A stretch of DNA of 64,000 nt, taken from positions 312,375 through 376,374 of the forward strand of contig MU058017.1 in assembly GCA_013265495.1 (NCBI GenBank), written 5' to 3'. Positions 12,790 through 25,800 of the stretch are shown one piece after another (within the stretch, counting starts at the first letter, position 1; every line of letters begins with the position of its first letter). Below the pieces are notes generated by a model. It had not been told where the DNA came from. It worked only from the letters and a program-made list of their open reading frames with translations, and did no database searches. A program made the position numbers and the translations under genes. This DNA is from Vicugna vicugna (lineage: Eukaryota).

Positions 12790-13160
12790 TTATCCCTGCC
12801 AACATGGCAGTTCCTTCCTTTGCCTGATGGTTTGCTGGAATGGGGATCCCAGAATGCCAAAATGTAGTTTTAAATTAAGTTGGACTCTTATAGTCCAAGG
12901 TGGAAGAATTCTCCTTCTGGGAACCAGGATCTCTAGACCCACAGAACCGAGAGTTGCATACTGACGGTGAACTGGATGGTCCCAGATGCTTGTAGGCTTC
13001 TTGCTAGGGACAATGCAACATATAAAGGTCACTGGCTTAGGGCAAATACTGGATCCTGAAGGATAGTGCCCAACATTTGCACGTGTCAACAGGTCCCTGA
13101 ATTGTGCCATCAAGAGGTCATTCCAAAGCTCTATCAGGCCAGCAGCATCTACAGAAGACT
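12790..13160 (-). mobile_element. ERVL-class pol remnant (integrase end plus dUTPase-like segment)
   Basis: ORF 12790-13248(-) contains AAGLIELWNDLLMAQF (compare ERVL integrase AAGLIERWNGLLK) and LGSVGLEILVP..ILPP..QLNLKL.HFGIL (compare ERVL SAGLEVLVP..LPPG..LNWKL..HFGLL). Confidence 0.8.
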
Positions 13161-13464
13161 GCAAATGTAAGCCAGTAACAAAATAATGCCCCCTGAAGAT
13201 GGGGAATGCAAGAATCAAAGAATTAAAGGGAATCTGGCATGGCGACAAGCATCTGCTACAGGAAGGTCAACAAGAATTGAAAATTGAGCTGATTCAAATT
13301 TCAGAAGCCCTCGAAAGGCTGAGGATGCCAAGGAAACAGGTAATGTTGGAAAAAACAAACAAACAAAAATCATCACAAAGTTTAAATTCTCAAAAAGGTA
13401 AGAAAGAAATGGCATTAATTCAACCAGAAAGGGAGCATTAAAAAAGAAACAACCAAAAATAATA

Positions 13465-13579
13465 GGGAAAGGAATGTGACAATGAATATATATATGTTCA
13501 TGTATAATTTAAAATTTGTGCTCTACACTAGAATTTGACACAACATTGTAAAATGATTATAAATCAATAAAAAATTCTT
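13465..13579 (+). mobile_element. Very short 3' tip of the young camelid L1
   Basis: Matches the 3' ends at ~14720-14825 and ~56195-56305. Flanked by the direct repeat aaaaataata (13455-13464, 13580-13589). Confidence 0.9.
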
Positions 13580-13699
13580 AAAAATAATATAAAGAATTCT
13601 GGGAAAGTAGAAATGTGATAGACAAAATTTTAAATTTGGAAGGATTAGAAGATAAGTTGAGGATATCTCTCAAACATAGAATAAAAATGTTAAATGGGC

Positions 13700-13890
13700 T
13701 GAGAGGTGCTAAGAAAGTAAATCTGAAAAGTTCTCATCACAAGAAAAAAATTTGTAACAATTTATGGTGACAGAAGTTAGCTAGACTTATTGAGGTGATC
13801 ATTTTGCATTTACCAAATATTGAACCATTGTGTTGTACACTTGAATCTAACATAATGTTGCATATCAATTATATCTCAATAAAAATTAAA
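13700..13890 (+). mobile_element. L1 3' end (L1MA-like, intermediate age)
   Basis: gctaagaaagtaaatctgaaaagttctcatcacaagaaaaaaa...tgttgtacacttgaatctaacataatgttgcatatcaattatatctcaataaa. Confidence 0.85.
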
Positions 13891-14130
13891 ATGATTGAAA
13901 AATAAAAAATAGAATAGATAAAATGACAAGTTCGGAATATCCTGATACTTGATAAATCAGAGTTCCAGAAACACAGAAGAAATCAGGGGGAAAAAAAATC
14001 ACTGAAATAATTCAAAAAAATTTCCCCAATAGGACATGCCTCCACAGACTAAGAAAATCTGCTACATGCTCACACAATGAAAAGACCTATAAAGCAAGCA
14101 AGCATCATAACAAATACCCATAAGCATCCA

Positions 14131-14854
14131 ACCCTCTTTCACTGCTGGTGGGAATGCAGTTTGATGCAGCCACTGTGGAAAACAGTATGGAGATTCCTCA
14201 AAAGACTAGGAATAGACTTACCGTATGACCCAGGAATCCCACTCCTGGGCGTATATCCAGAAGGAACCCTACTTCAAAATGATACTTGCACCCCAATGTT
14301 CATAGCAGCATTATTTACAATAGCCATGACATGGAAACAGCCTAAATGTCCATCAACAGATGACTGGATAAAGAAGAAGTGGTATATTTATACAATGGAA
14401 TACTACTCAGACATAAAAACCAACAACATAACGCCATTTGCAGCAACATGGATGCTCCTGGAGAATGTAATTCTAAGTGAAGTAAGCCAGAAAGAGAAAG
14501 AAAAATACCATATGAGATCGCTCATATGTAGAATCTAAAAAAAAAAAAAGAAATATAAAACAGAAATAGACTCACAGACATGGAATACAAACTTGTGGTT
14601 GCCAAGGGGGCGGGGGGTGGGAAGAGGTAGACTGGGATTTCAAAATTGTAGAATAGATAAACAAGATTACACCATATAGCACAGGGAAATATATACAAGA
14701 TCTTATGGTAGCTCACAGAGAAAAAAATGTGACAATGAATATGTATGTTCATGTATAACTGAAAAATTGTGCTCTACACTGAAATTTGACACAACATTGT
14801 AAAATGATTATAAATCAATAAAAAACGTTAAACAAACAAACACAAAACAAACAT
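14131..14854 (+). mobile_element. 5'-truncated young camelid L1 (ORF2 C-terminus plus 3'UTR)
   Basis: ORF 14077-14538 encodes the L1 ORF2 end ([46 protein letters not shown]). AATAAA and A-rich tail present. Direct repeat ccataagcatccaa at 14118-14131 and 14855-14868. Confidence 0.97.
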
Positions 14855-16169
14855 CCATAAGCATCCAAAATAAAGAGTGCAGAAATTTTTAGAGAGGAAA
14901 GGGAAATAGGGGGCAGGGGAGCACATGCAAAAGAATTAAAATTGTATTCAAATTCTCAAGAGGTACATCAGAGAAAAATGACTTCAAAGTCCTAAAAGGA
15001 AGATTATTTGCAACCCAGAATTCCATATCTAGCAAAATCCCAATCAAGGATGAAGGAAAAATAAGTTTTGCTTTCCTTGCGTTCTTCTTTGGGAAGCTGC
15101 TAGAGGATATGCTCCAGCCAAAGGGTAAAAGACAAGACGCAAGACATGGACACTGAACACAGAAAAACTAACATGGAGGTAAAACCCAGAATATCAGCTC
15201 TGCAGAAGGCTTGAAGAATAACAAGTCTAGAATGGAGCAGAAGTACAGGGATCTCAAGGAGGAAGGTTCCAAAAGAGAAAAAAATTAACATATTAGTCAA
15301 AATGTTTCAGCATTTGGGAAAATATACTGATGGGTATATGACCAATCTGACAGAGCAAATGAGAAACAGAAAGAATAGGTACAAGAAAACTGTGTGGCAT
15401 AAAATAAATAATTAACTCAAAGGAAAATAGAAGATGCCAAGAAAGTAAATGGATCCACAATACATTGTTAAAGAACAGTGGAAATACTTGCATTATTTAT
15501 GTTATTGCTACTTTGCATTATTACTGGTATGACCACTGTCTGCTGATTTAACTAAAACTGAGGGGCTGCATGGATGCAGGCATGTAAAAGATCTAAATCT
15601 TCCTTTATCATAAAAGCAAATCAATGGATAAAGGCTAAAACAGATAACCCTATATAAGAACAATTAGAAATATGGAAGCAATTACTAGAAGAAGTAGCTA
15701 AAAGAGTTGAAAGTGATTGTCACTTAGAGTGGTGATAGGTGAGGGAAAGATCAAAGAATTGTTTATGATCTTTATAAGCCTTGTCTATACATATTGTGTT
15801 ATCTAACCACGTGTATCCATTACCTTGACAAAAATGTAAAGATTATATTAAGAAAGTAGGATAATCTGATAACAAAAAGTATGTTTTACATTTCTAACTG
15901 CTCTGTATAGGTAAGACAGATAATTATCACCATACTGAGAAGGAACATATGAGTAAAATGTTTAGCAATAGAAAAACCAAAGGTAATCAAATGAGAACCC
16001 GAAAGCCTAACTTGACCCCCTATTGACCGTATGCTTAAGATAGCACTGATCTTCATTTGTTTTCAGCATTATTTTTATAAGCTTAGTTTTAAGTATTATT
16101 AAGTACTATTTTATGTATTTATAGAGTACTTAGGACTACATTCATAACTTCACAAATCAAAACGCACAG

Positions 16170-17170
16170 AATGGTTATAAAGCATGTATCTGACAAAGAA
16201 CTCATGTCCAGAATACAAAAAGACAAAATACAATCTAATAAACAACTCAGTTTTTTAAAACAGATGAAAAATTTGAACAGATACTTCACCAAGGAGATAT
16301 ATGGATGGCAAATAAGCACATAAAAAGCTGCTTGCCATAATTAAGTATCAGAGAAGTGAAAAATAACCACAGTGGGATACTACATACCTATTACAACAGC
16401 TAAAATTAGGAAGACTGTCCATACCAAGTGTTGGTGAAGATATTTAGAAACTGCAGCATCCATAAACTGCTGATGAGACTGTAAATTGGTACAATCAGTT
16501 TAGAAAATAGTTCAGCAGTTTCTTAAAAATTTAAAAATATACTAATTTAAGCATCATGCCATATAGTCATTCTACTCCTAGGTATTTACCCAAGAGAAAA
16601 GAAAGCATATGGACCTATAGAGAGATTTGTACATAGTTCACTATGTACACTATGAACAAGATACATCATTCAGAGTATCTTTATTTTTAATGCCAAAAAA
16701 GGAGCAACCCAAATCATCAATAGGTGAATAACTAAGCAAACTGTAGTATATCCATATAATGAATTACTACTCAGCAAAAATAACCAGTGAATTAAAAAAA
16801 AAGAAGTGAAAAGAACTATTAACACACACAACATGGGTAAATTGCAAAATAATTACACCAAGTAAAAAAAGCCATACAAAAAGAGCATACATCGTATGAT
16901 TCCTTTCATATAAAACTCTAGGAAATGAAATCTAATTGATAGTGACTGAAAGGTCAGTAGGTTGTGGGGAGAAGGTATGTGGACAGGGGCAGGAGAAAGG
17001 GATTATGAAGGAGCATAAAGAAACTTCTGGGGTGATGTATATGTTCACTATCTCAATTATGATGATGGTTTCATGGGTGTACATGTCTAACCTTATCAAA
17101 TCGTATATGATTGTATATATGCACTATAAATATGTGCAGGTTACTGTAGTCAATTATAACTCAACAGAGC
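16170..17170 (+). mobile_element. Ancient L1 3' fragment (L1MC/L1ME-like)
   Basis: tatctgacaaagaactcatgtccagaatac...ttgaacagatacttcaccaaggagatatatggatggcaaataagcac...ctactccctaggtatttacccaagagaaa. Confidence 0.9.
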
Positions 17171-18232
17171 TCTCAAGAAAACAATCAAGAAAAGAAAAAA
17201 ATTTTAATAAATACAGGAAATAAGTAACTCATATTATTTAGATTTTGTCATTAAATAATTCATTCAGTAGTTGCCAAATGGCTCCTATGTGTTAGGCATT
17301 GTGCTACATGCTGAGAGCAGAAACATTTCTAGAACATGACACCCCTTCCCAAGGACTTCATAGGTTTGTGAAATAATATATAGTTACCATTTGGAAAGGT
17401 AAGCTATGATATTTGTTTCAAAGATGGTAGTTAATGTTCCTTACATTTCCTTTATGTCAAATTGAACAAATATAATAAACGATGTTAGTAATCCCTTTTA
17501 CATAAAGCCCTCTGTCATCAGCAGCTGTTTCATTGCTACTCTCACTTCATTAACCATCACTCCTTGCGTGGCAACAGTATCTTCCCTTTCCAACTCTAAT
17601 GTATTAATATTCCAAAATCATCATTACTCATCAACCAACACAATGCAGCCAACTCTCAATTTTGATAGTGGATTTCCCAGAAAACTAGCTTTGGACCTTG
17701 CAGTTGTATGTGGGGGCATTTCACTGTTTGTTAGCACTTGCAATCAAGGGTGTTCAGTAGACAAGAGGAGATAAAACTCAAACCCATCTAATATTCTGCT
17801 GATAATCATAAACTCTTAAAGTTGGAAGTAATCGCCAAGGTTATCTTTTCCAATTCCCACCCAATATTGGAATCTCTGCTGGCCTATCCCTGACAGATAT
17901 TCATCCAAGCCATATCTTGTCTGAACACTTACAATAATAAGGCCAATGCTCACTTACTCCAGCAATAAATTTTATGATCTCTGGTTTAATTCGTTTCCAT
18001 GTTAGCAATTCAAGGGGTGATTGGAAACAAAATTTAAACTTTGGTTAGTAAATAGTAATATGTATTTTACTTATTACATACACACACACACAATATGTCT
18101 CAGTCAAAAAAAATTCTTCCAAAATACTATAATTACCTCACCCCTAATATTCCCAATGAGTCAGAGAGAAAGCATGAGAGATAATGAGGGAGGGAAGGAA
18201 GAAAAATATTAAACTAAAGAATGAATCCATTA

Positions 18233-18580
18233 GTGCAAAGGACTGAATTGTGCCCTCCTCCCAATTCATATATTGAAGCTGCATTTGGAGATAGGGCTTT
18301 GGGGAGGTAATGAAAGTTAAATGAGATCATAGGGAGGGTTCCTAATCCAATAAGATTAGTGGTCTTATAAGAAGAGGAAGAAGAAAGAGATCTCTGCAAG
18401 GATACAGCAAAAGGATACAGGATACAGCAAAAAGGCAACCATCTGCAAGTCAGAATCTGACCATTCAGGTACCCTGATCTCAGACTTCTAGCCTCCTGAA
18501 ATGCAAGAAAGTAAGTTTCTGTTGTTAAAGTCACCCATCCTGTAATATTTTGTTGCAGTAGCCCTAGCTGACTAAAATAA
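18233..18580 (+). mobile_element. MaLR solo LTR (MLT1A-like)
   Basis: ggactgaattgtgccctc..caattcatatattgaagc...atttggagatagggcttt...cagacttctagcctcctgaa...gccctagctgactaaaata. Confidence 0.85.
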
Positions 18581-19914
18581 TTACTTTAAGGAAGACCATT
18601 TTTGAAGTCTATCAAGGAATTTGGGAGCTCAAAATACTTTCTTGCATACCTCCAGTCAATTTAATGTATATTACAGATTTATTTTTGTTCAGACCACTTA
18701 TCTGGTTTTAACTTGTTGATTTTTTTTTTTTTTGAAAGAGAGAAGACGTGGAATAGAAAGGAAAACTGTTGAGGGAGAGACCGAATGCCTGGATCTTGGA
18801 CTTGGACTTGCCAAGATCATCTGACATGATGCCTAGTTCCTCTTCTATAAAATGAAGGGTTGAAATTTTAAAAGATCTCAAAGCTTCCCTCCATCTGCAG
18901 ACTCCCTAAATCTTTAAATCTAAAAGGATCTTGTAATACAGGAGGAAAAGGAACAATGTGCAGCCAATTTGGCTAAATGTGTAAAGAACTTTGGAACCAA
19001 CTCGTTATCAAAGAGCATTATAGAACTCTCCATTAGGAAGCCGAATTTGTCCTACTAAGGATTAAACTATCCTAAAAGTGAATCTTCTTATTTGGGGCTC
19101 AAGTGTAAAAGGAAAAATTATAGTTAAGGCATCCAAAATGTAACCATAAATTCACCTTCATTCTAAAATAATTCACTCATCCAGTGTACACTAGGGACTT
19201 AGATGCAAAGACAAAGCTTGTTTCCATCCCAGAGTGTCAAGAACTGGGGAGAACACTATTAGTCAGTTTTTCTAATGAACTCAATAAATATTAATAACCG
19301 TAGGTCTACAAATTTTGATAAGCAATATAATCTTTCCATTTAATACAATAAAATATGCACACTGAAAGGGAAGGATATCCTGGATTCAGGGAATTTTAAT
19401 GTGAGAAGACACTTCAGAGACCCTCTTTCATGAAGCCTCTTCAGATGGCCTCGGGGCAGTCAGCTTACACAGTATGTGATTCTCTTCCCTGTGATTGCAT
19501 CTTGTTATACTGTAGTATCCATTTAAATATGTCCAGATGTCAAGACACATCAGGCAGAGGAACCAAGTCTTACTCATCTGTTTCCAAGAAACTTGCACCA
19601 CATCTGAACATAACGGGTGCTCAACACTGTGTTTTGTAGATTGAGAGGAATTAACCCAGTTGAACAGGATGAGGATGCTGAGGTTACAGCTACTTGTCCA
19701 AGGTCTCACAGACACTTGTGGCAAAGCAGGGCTAGGTCCCAGCTCTCAGGCTCACAGCTCAGTGTTCTTACTTTCAGTAGCTTGCAGGTAAGGAATTCAT
19801 ACCTCACTCAAACACTACTTCTGTGTCCAACTGGGATCAATTAGAAAGTCTAGTGATATAAAGAAACAAGCAAAATTTAAAACAAGAAGAGATGGTATAA
19901 AAAGAAAAGAAACT

Positions 19915-20790
19915 GCTTTAAATAGATATTTCTCCAAAGAAGATATATAAAAGGCCAATAAGCATACGAAAAGATGTTCAACATCGTTAGTCATTGTGGA
20001 AATGTGAATCAAAAACCACAGTGAGATACTACTTCACACCCCTATCATGGCTAGAATCAGAAAGACAGACAATAAGGTTATAATTTTAAAAAGGCAATAA
20101 CAAGTGTTGACTAGGATTGGGGGAAATTGGAACCCTTATTTATTGTTTGTGGGAATGTAAAATAGTGCCACCACTTTGGAGAACAGTCTGGCAGTCCCTC
20201 AAACAGTTAACATGGAGTTACTATAAGACCTAGAAACTCCACTCCTAGGATATACCCAAAAGAAATGAAAACATGTGACCACACAAAACATGTACATCAA
20301 TGTTCACAGCAGCGTTATTCATAATGTCCAAATCATGAAAACAACTCAAATGTCCATCAATTGATGAATGGGTAAATGAAAAGTGGTAAATCCATGCAAT
20401 GGAACATTGCTTGGCAATTAAAAGGTAGTATGATGTACTGACAGATACCAAAACACATACGAACCTTGAAAACATTATGATAAGTGAAAAGATCCAGACA
20501 CAAAAGACCACACGTGTATAATCCCATTTATATGAAATGTCCAGAACAAGCAATTCCATAGAGACAGAAAGTAAATTAGTGGTTTTTGAGGGCTAGGAGA
20601 AGAATAAAATGGCTAGTGACTGCTAAAGCTGTGGGTTTTCTTTTGGGGTGATGAAATGTTATGGAGTTAAATAGTGGTGTTGGTTGCATAACTTTGTAAA
20701 CATAGTAACAATCACTAAACTGTATACTTTAAAAGCCTGAATGTTATAGTATGTGAATTAAATCACAATGAGAAATACAAAAAAAAAAAA
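19915..20790 (+). mobile_element. L1 3' fragment (L1MB-like) with A tail
   Basis: aatagatatttctccaaagaagatata...ccactttggagaacagtctggcag...aaatgtccatcaattgatgaatgg...gagacagaaagtaaattagtggt, then poly(A) at ~20780. Confidence 0.92.
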
Positions 20791-20929
20791 GGAAACTATA
20801 TAGCATGGCCACACTTACGCAAAGTAATCTTTACAAAACAATTTTTAATTGTTCTATATAGAACCTAATACAAAGTGAAACGAAATATTAGTACCTATTG
20901 TGTCTCATGAGGGAGACTGAAAGAAACCA

Positions 20930-21150
20930 GTGTTTATTTAGAGCCTTGTTGTGCCAGACACCAGCATAAGCACATTTTCTCTTTTCATTAATCTCTCGAG
21001 GAATCTATGACTCATTTTACAAATGAGGAAACCAAGTCTCAGAGAAATTAAGTAATTTTCCCAAGATTACAGAGTAATATAGGACAGACCTGAGAAGCCT
21101 GCTCAGAAGTGCCTAATTCCAAAGCATATATTTTCCCCACTCTAACATAA
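20930..21150 (-). mobile_element. MIR
   Basis: cattttacaaatgaggaaaccaagtctcagagaaattaagtaattttcccaagattacag. Confidence 0.8.
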
Positions 21151-21679
21151 CAGTTCCTTAGATAGTTTTCAAAGTCCATAAAATTAATCCCTGCAAGTCT
21201 TTCAGAAGTTGTGGTGTAAACTAGAACAAACTTATCTTCAAAACCCAGTGCAAAGGTTGGACAAAAATTAATAAACCCAATGCACTTCCTTTTTTGTCCC
21301 ACTTGACTTCCTGATCACCTCCTGCATGACTGCCTGAGTTGGGAACAGCAGTTTACCCCAGAGCCTCTGCCTATACCCAGTGGACATTGTATCCCCGTGA
21401 GATATATAGTTCATCAGCATGGTTCCCAAACATCTAAGTGTACTTTGCATTCAGTGGGAGTTCCAGGCATGATTGTGGTGATTGAGTAAATGAACATTTT
21501 CTTCCCTTTAAAGTTTTTATAATCACTGGAGGTATAAACTGGGGACACAGAAAAAAAACCACTTTATCATTCCATGACCAGGTGCATGCAAGGAACCTCT
21601 TTTGCAGGAGAGCACAGCTATGGACAGATGTCACAGATGTGAAGCTATTCTCCAATCCTGGTAGAGGATTATAGACTGA

Positions 21680-21990
21680 TGGTAGTGGCCATCTTCCACA
21701 CAAATGATAGGTTATACTCTTCAGTTCTTTTGGGTGGGACCATGTGGCTAGTTCTGGATAATGGGCTGGAAGTCAAGGAGACAGATGTTACTTCTGGATT
21801 GAGCATAATTGCTGATCTCACTTACAGGTCCTTTCCACTGCATCGAGACCAACAACTGCTGAGATGGAGCTGCTCCATCAGGCACATGAGGAACTGTGTC
21901 TCAACAGACCCACATGCATATTTCATAAGTCACTAAATTTCTGAGGCTGTTTTTGTTTCTATATGATGACTTAGCCTGTCCTGATGGATT
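21680..21990 (+). mobile_element. Old MaLR LTR fragment (MLT1H/I/J-like)
   Basis: gggtgggaccatgtggctagttctgg..aatggg...tgttacttctgg...taagtcactaaatttctgaggctgttt...ttagcctgtcctgat. Confidence 0.6.
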
Positions 21991-22379
21991 CACATCTTTA
22001 AAGTCAAGATTATGTGTAAAAATAGTAAGAAGTACTATTTAATAGGAACATGCTTGACTATAGGGAACTGAGGAAGAGAGGGGTCAGACAGTACAAAGCC
22101 TTGAAACCTAGTCTAGAGTAGAAGGTATATTGAAGGAGGAAAGTACTACAGGAGGGAAAAAAATAGTTATGTTAAGCCCAGAGAAACTACTGGCAGAAAA
22201 GACACTAAAAACTGAGGAATGAACAGTTGACAGCAGATATCAAGGCCTGGATAGTGTCTCCACTTTCAGATGCAAGAAGGGCTGAAGGTAGATAACTGAG
22301 GTCAATACAGAGAGGCTAGTAGGCAGGAGATGCCAAAGTCAACCTGAGAGGTACAAATATCCAGGGCTGTGAAGGGAGC

Positions 22380-22860
22380 CATATTAGTTTTCTATTGCCG
22401 CCACATCAAGTACCACAAATTTAGTGGCTTATAACAAGGCAAATTTACCTTACAGACCTCTAAATTAGAAGTCTGACCTGGATCTCACTGTGTAAAGTCA
22501 AGGGATCACCAGTCCTTTCTGGGGCTCGAGGGGCTGATCCATTTTCTTACCTCTCCCAGCATCTAGAGAACTCCTAGCACAAGACCCGCTTCCTCTATCG
22601 TCAAAGTCAGCTAGATAGCCGCTCTCTGATCCTTCTTCTGTGATACCTTTCTCTGAACATAGCTAGGAAAGGTTCTCTGCTTTTAGAGACTCGTGTGATT
22701 CTACTGGGCTCATTCAGATAATCCAAAATGATCTCCCCATCTAACTGTTCCTAACTTAATCACACTTGCAACATCTCTTTTGCCATGTTAGGTGACATAG
22801 TCACAGGATCTGGGGATTAGGACGTGGCCATATTGAGATGGCCATTATTCTGCCTACCAA
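22380..22860 (-). mobile_element. MaLR solo LTR (MLT1D/E-like)
   Basis: tattagttttctattgc...taccacaaatttagtggctta...ctgggctcattcagataatccaaaatgatctcccc...ggattaggacgtgg...attctgcctacca. Confidence 0.88.
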
Positions 22861-25800
22861 AGTAGCCAAGTATTAAGAATGAGGAAGAGTCAAGATATCA
22901 AGAGTGTGAGACTGGACAGGATAATGGCTCCATTTAAATGCACTCTGAACTACAGCAGGCCAGCCTGTGTACAATGGCTCTTATTCTGAGACTCATAAGT
23001 GGCAAGCAAATTCAGTGGTCTAAATGAGAAATGATTAGTTGGTAGTAGGGAATGGTGTAGACAGCCAGGCCCATGGTGCCCTGAGATTAACCCTTTGCGT
23101 GTACAAAATAGAGGCTCCATAAATACAAGCTGAATGAATGGGTGGGTAAATGAGATGTTGGCCAAATAAACAGGTATTGACAAAAGTCTGTATACAAAAA
23201 GCTAAAAAGAGAGAAGAGTGGGAAAAAAAAGCTGTCAACCAAGGAAGGAGCTGGGAGAGTACGAGGCTAGATATTGAAGAAAACATGGAAGAGGGTTGCA
23301 TGGCATTTCTTTCCAACTGTGCTCTGAAATTTCATTGTTGTTCAGAATGTTGTTTACAAAGCTGAAGGGGTAAATATACTGGCAAATAGATGTAAGCTAG
23401 AGAAATGTAAGAAACTATATTAATTACCGGGCAGATGTTTTTCAGGAAACTAACAACTAGACGTAATATTTGTGGAAAAGAATTGGGAGAACTTCTAATT
23501 AAGAGAGTCAGATCATTTTTAAAGGAGATTTTATCTTTAAAGACATCTAAAGAGATAGAACCAAGTTTTAATTTGAAAACAATGTTTCTGAACATGTGTG
23601 TCCTAGATCTCTCCAGTGGAGGTATGCTGCATCTGGGTCCACTGACTTAGCAAGATGTGGTGGAAACTGAAGACTATAATAAATCACAAGCCCTGTGGGC
23701 AACACCCGATTAAATTTCTTTCTGGCTTTTGCACAATGGTGGCAATGGCTGTAATCCAGAACATGAACAAAAACTCATATGGAAGCAACAAACACATTAA
23801 ATTAAGGGGAAAAAAACTTATATTATTCCCCAGTCTAAAGAACTTTTTGTCTAAGACTTTGTGACTTATTTACATTACTTAGTAACTCCACCCAGTGAAC
23901 AGAAAGCACAGATGACTACAAAAAGGCAGCATTTACATAGTCTAATGATTCCCATAAATGGATGACAGACGTGCATGCCAAGAAGTTTGGCAATTCCTTT
24001 TTGGAAATTGATTTAATAAGATGGTGACAAGTGAAGTGTGTACATGGTCAGTCCCATGATAACCCGGAAATTTTTATTCTCATCTTTGGAAAATCAAGCC
24101 ACTCATTCTCCATGACCAATGTGCTTTAAAGCAACATGTAAATAATGGGAAAGCTGCCAAAAGTTGAATTTGCTAAAATCAGTCCCATGATATAAATAGA
24201 AACCAGTTATAACCACTACTAATGTAATATTATAGTTTATGAGAATGACACAAGTTTTATACCTCTTGTTTCTTGAAGCTTACTCGAGGGACTTGACAAA
24301 CATTGATAAACAAGGACCAGAGAGAATCAATTTGGTCTGCCACTTGAATTAGGAGTTCTTCCAGATATCTACGATGATTATCCTACTGATGTAAATTGTC
24401 TCTGGTTAAACTTTAAATTGATGCTGGTTTCCCTTGCCATGCAATACATTCTGGATTACTGTGCATCTGTGCACAAAAGTGCTGCTTATCCAGGAGCACT
24501 ACCTACATAGGAGATGAAAGATTTGAAATTCCCTTTGGGTCTCTTACTTTTTAATCAATATCTAAAGGGACTTGCATAACCGAGGATATTACAACATCGT
24601 TCAAGAAGAATTGATTCCATACTATGGAAGAGTTAACCAGTGTATGTCAACACACAAACACACGTTTATATCTGGAGTTTGCCACCAATCCATCTAGACT
24701 TCAGTAAGAGTGGCTAGACTCACACTCTCAACACATTCCTGGTTTTCTTCTATTTGTTTCTCACACTATGCCACTTTTAATCCATCCAAAACCTGGTACT
24801 ATGAGGTTTCATCTTTTCATCTTTGATGCCCTCTCAGACTCTTAGCACAACATCCTTATTTCCATCCTCCCTTTACCCATCAAACCTGGTATTCTTAACT
24901 GATGCCTCTGTCATTTTCATTCATTGATGGTTTTTTCATAGGTGGTTATTGAACCTAACTTTGTGTTCCAGGCACCATGGTAGGCACTGAAAATCTATTG
25001 GAGACAAAGACGTGGATGTTTGACTCTCAGCTTTTCCTAAAAGATCAAGTTTTAGCCTGGTTCCTCCAGTTATGCCCCCTTGGTCTTGAAAGGTTCAGTG
25101 TTGCCCCAAGAGGAGTCCTTGGCCCAATACCCTGGTTGATCATTAGGCAAGAATCCCAGCCACACTGACCCTGATCATCCAGCAGGGACATAGAGACCTA
25201 TGGAATGTCAGGGCCCCTGCCCTGGATTGGCCCTGCAGCATCCCACACTGCACTGTCTCTTTTTAGTGTCAAAGCAGATGCTATAAAGCATTTGTAGCCA
25301 CTCAGCCTGCAACTGCTCAAAGGTCAATGACTCTGTTGCTCTTACATAATTTTTTTACTTTGGTTATTTTTGAAATTTCTGCTCTTAATGGCTTTGAATA
25401 TATCTGTGCCATTCTGGGACATCAGGAAATGAGTTTCTTTGGTACCATTCACTCCCTTTACACAATACAAATGCCTCTGCTTCAATGGAACAGGGTACAT
25501 GGGGAAAATGGATTAGGTTTAGAAAGGAATGCCTTTTTAGAGAAATGCTGTCTGGAAGACATTCTCATCAACATTACCCACAAGACCTTTCCTCTCTGTC
25601 TCTCTCCAAATGTCCTTTCAAGGGAAACAAAAGACTCTGGTTACTAAACTAAGTCTATAGACTCAGATAATTGCTGTTTAACTTTTGCTTGCCCACAACA
25701 TGTTGTTTACACCCACCCAGAGAAAGTAGTTTCATGTCAGGATCAAATGAAGAAAATCCTAAACAGTAATGGAAATTTAGTGCAAACTACACACATCAAG

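Larger units (their letters stand above)
13380..15840 (+). mobile_element. HAL1 (half-L1) element interrupted by three younger L1 fragments
   Basis: ORF1-like C-terminus ttcaaagtcctaaaa...caacccagaattccatatctagcaaaa (FKVLK..QPRIPYLAK). It is followed not by ORF2 but by HAL1-type gggaagctgctagaggatatgctccagccaaa and agctaaaagagttgaaagtgattg...ataagccttgt. Confidence 0.7.

Noticed and set aside
14077..14538. 153-aa ORF as a functional gene
   Set aside because: A truncated L1 ORF2 end fused by chance to 18 codons of flanking sequence.
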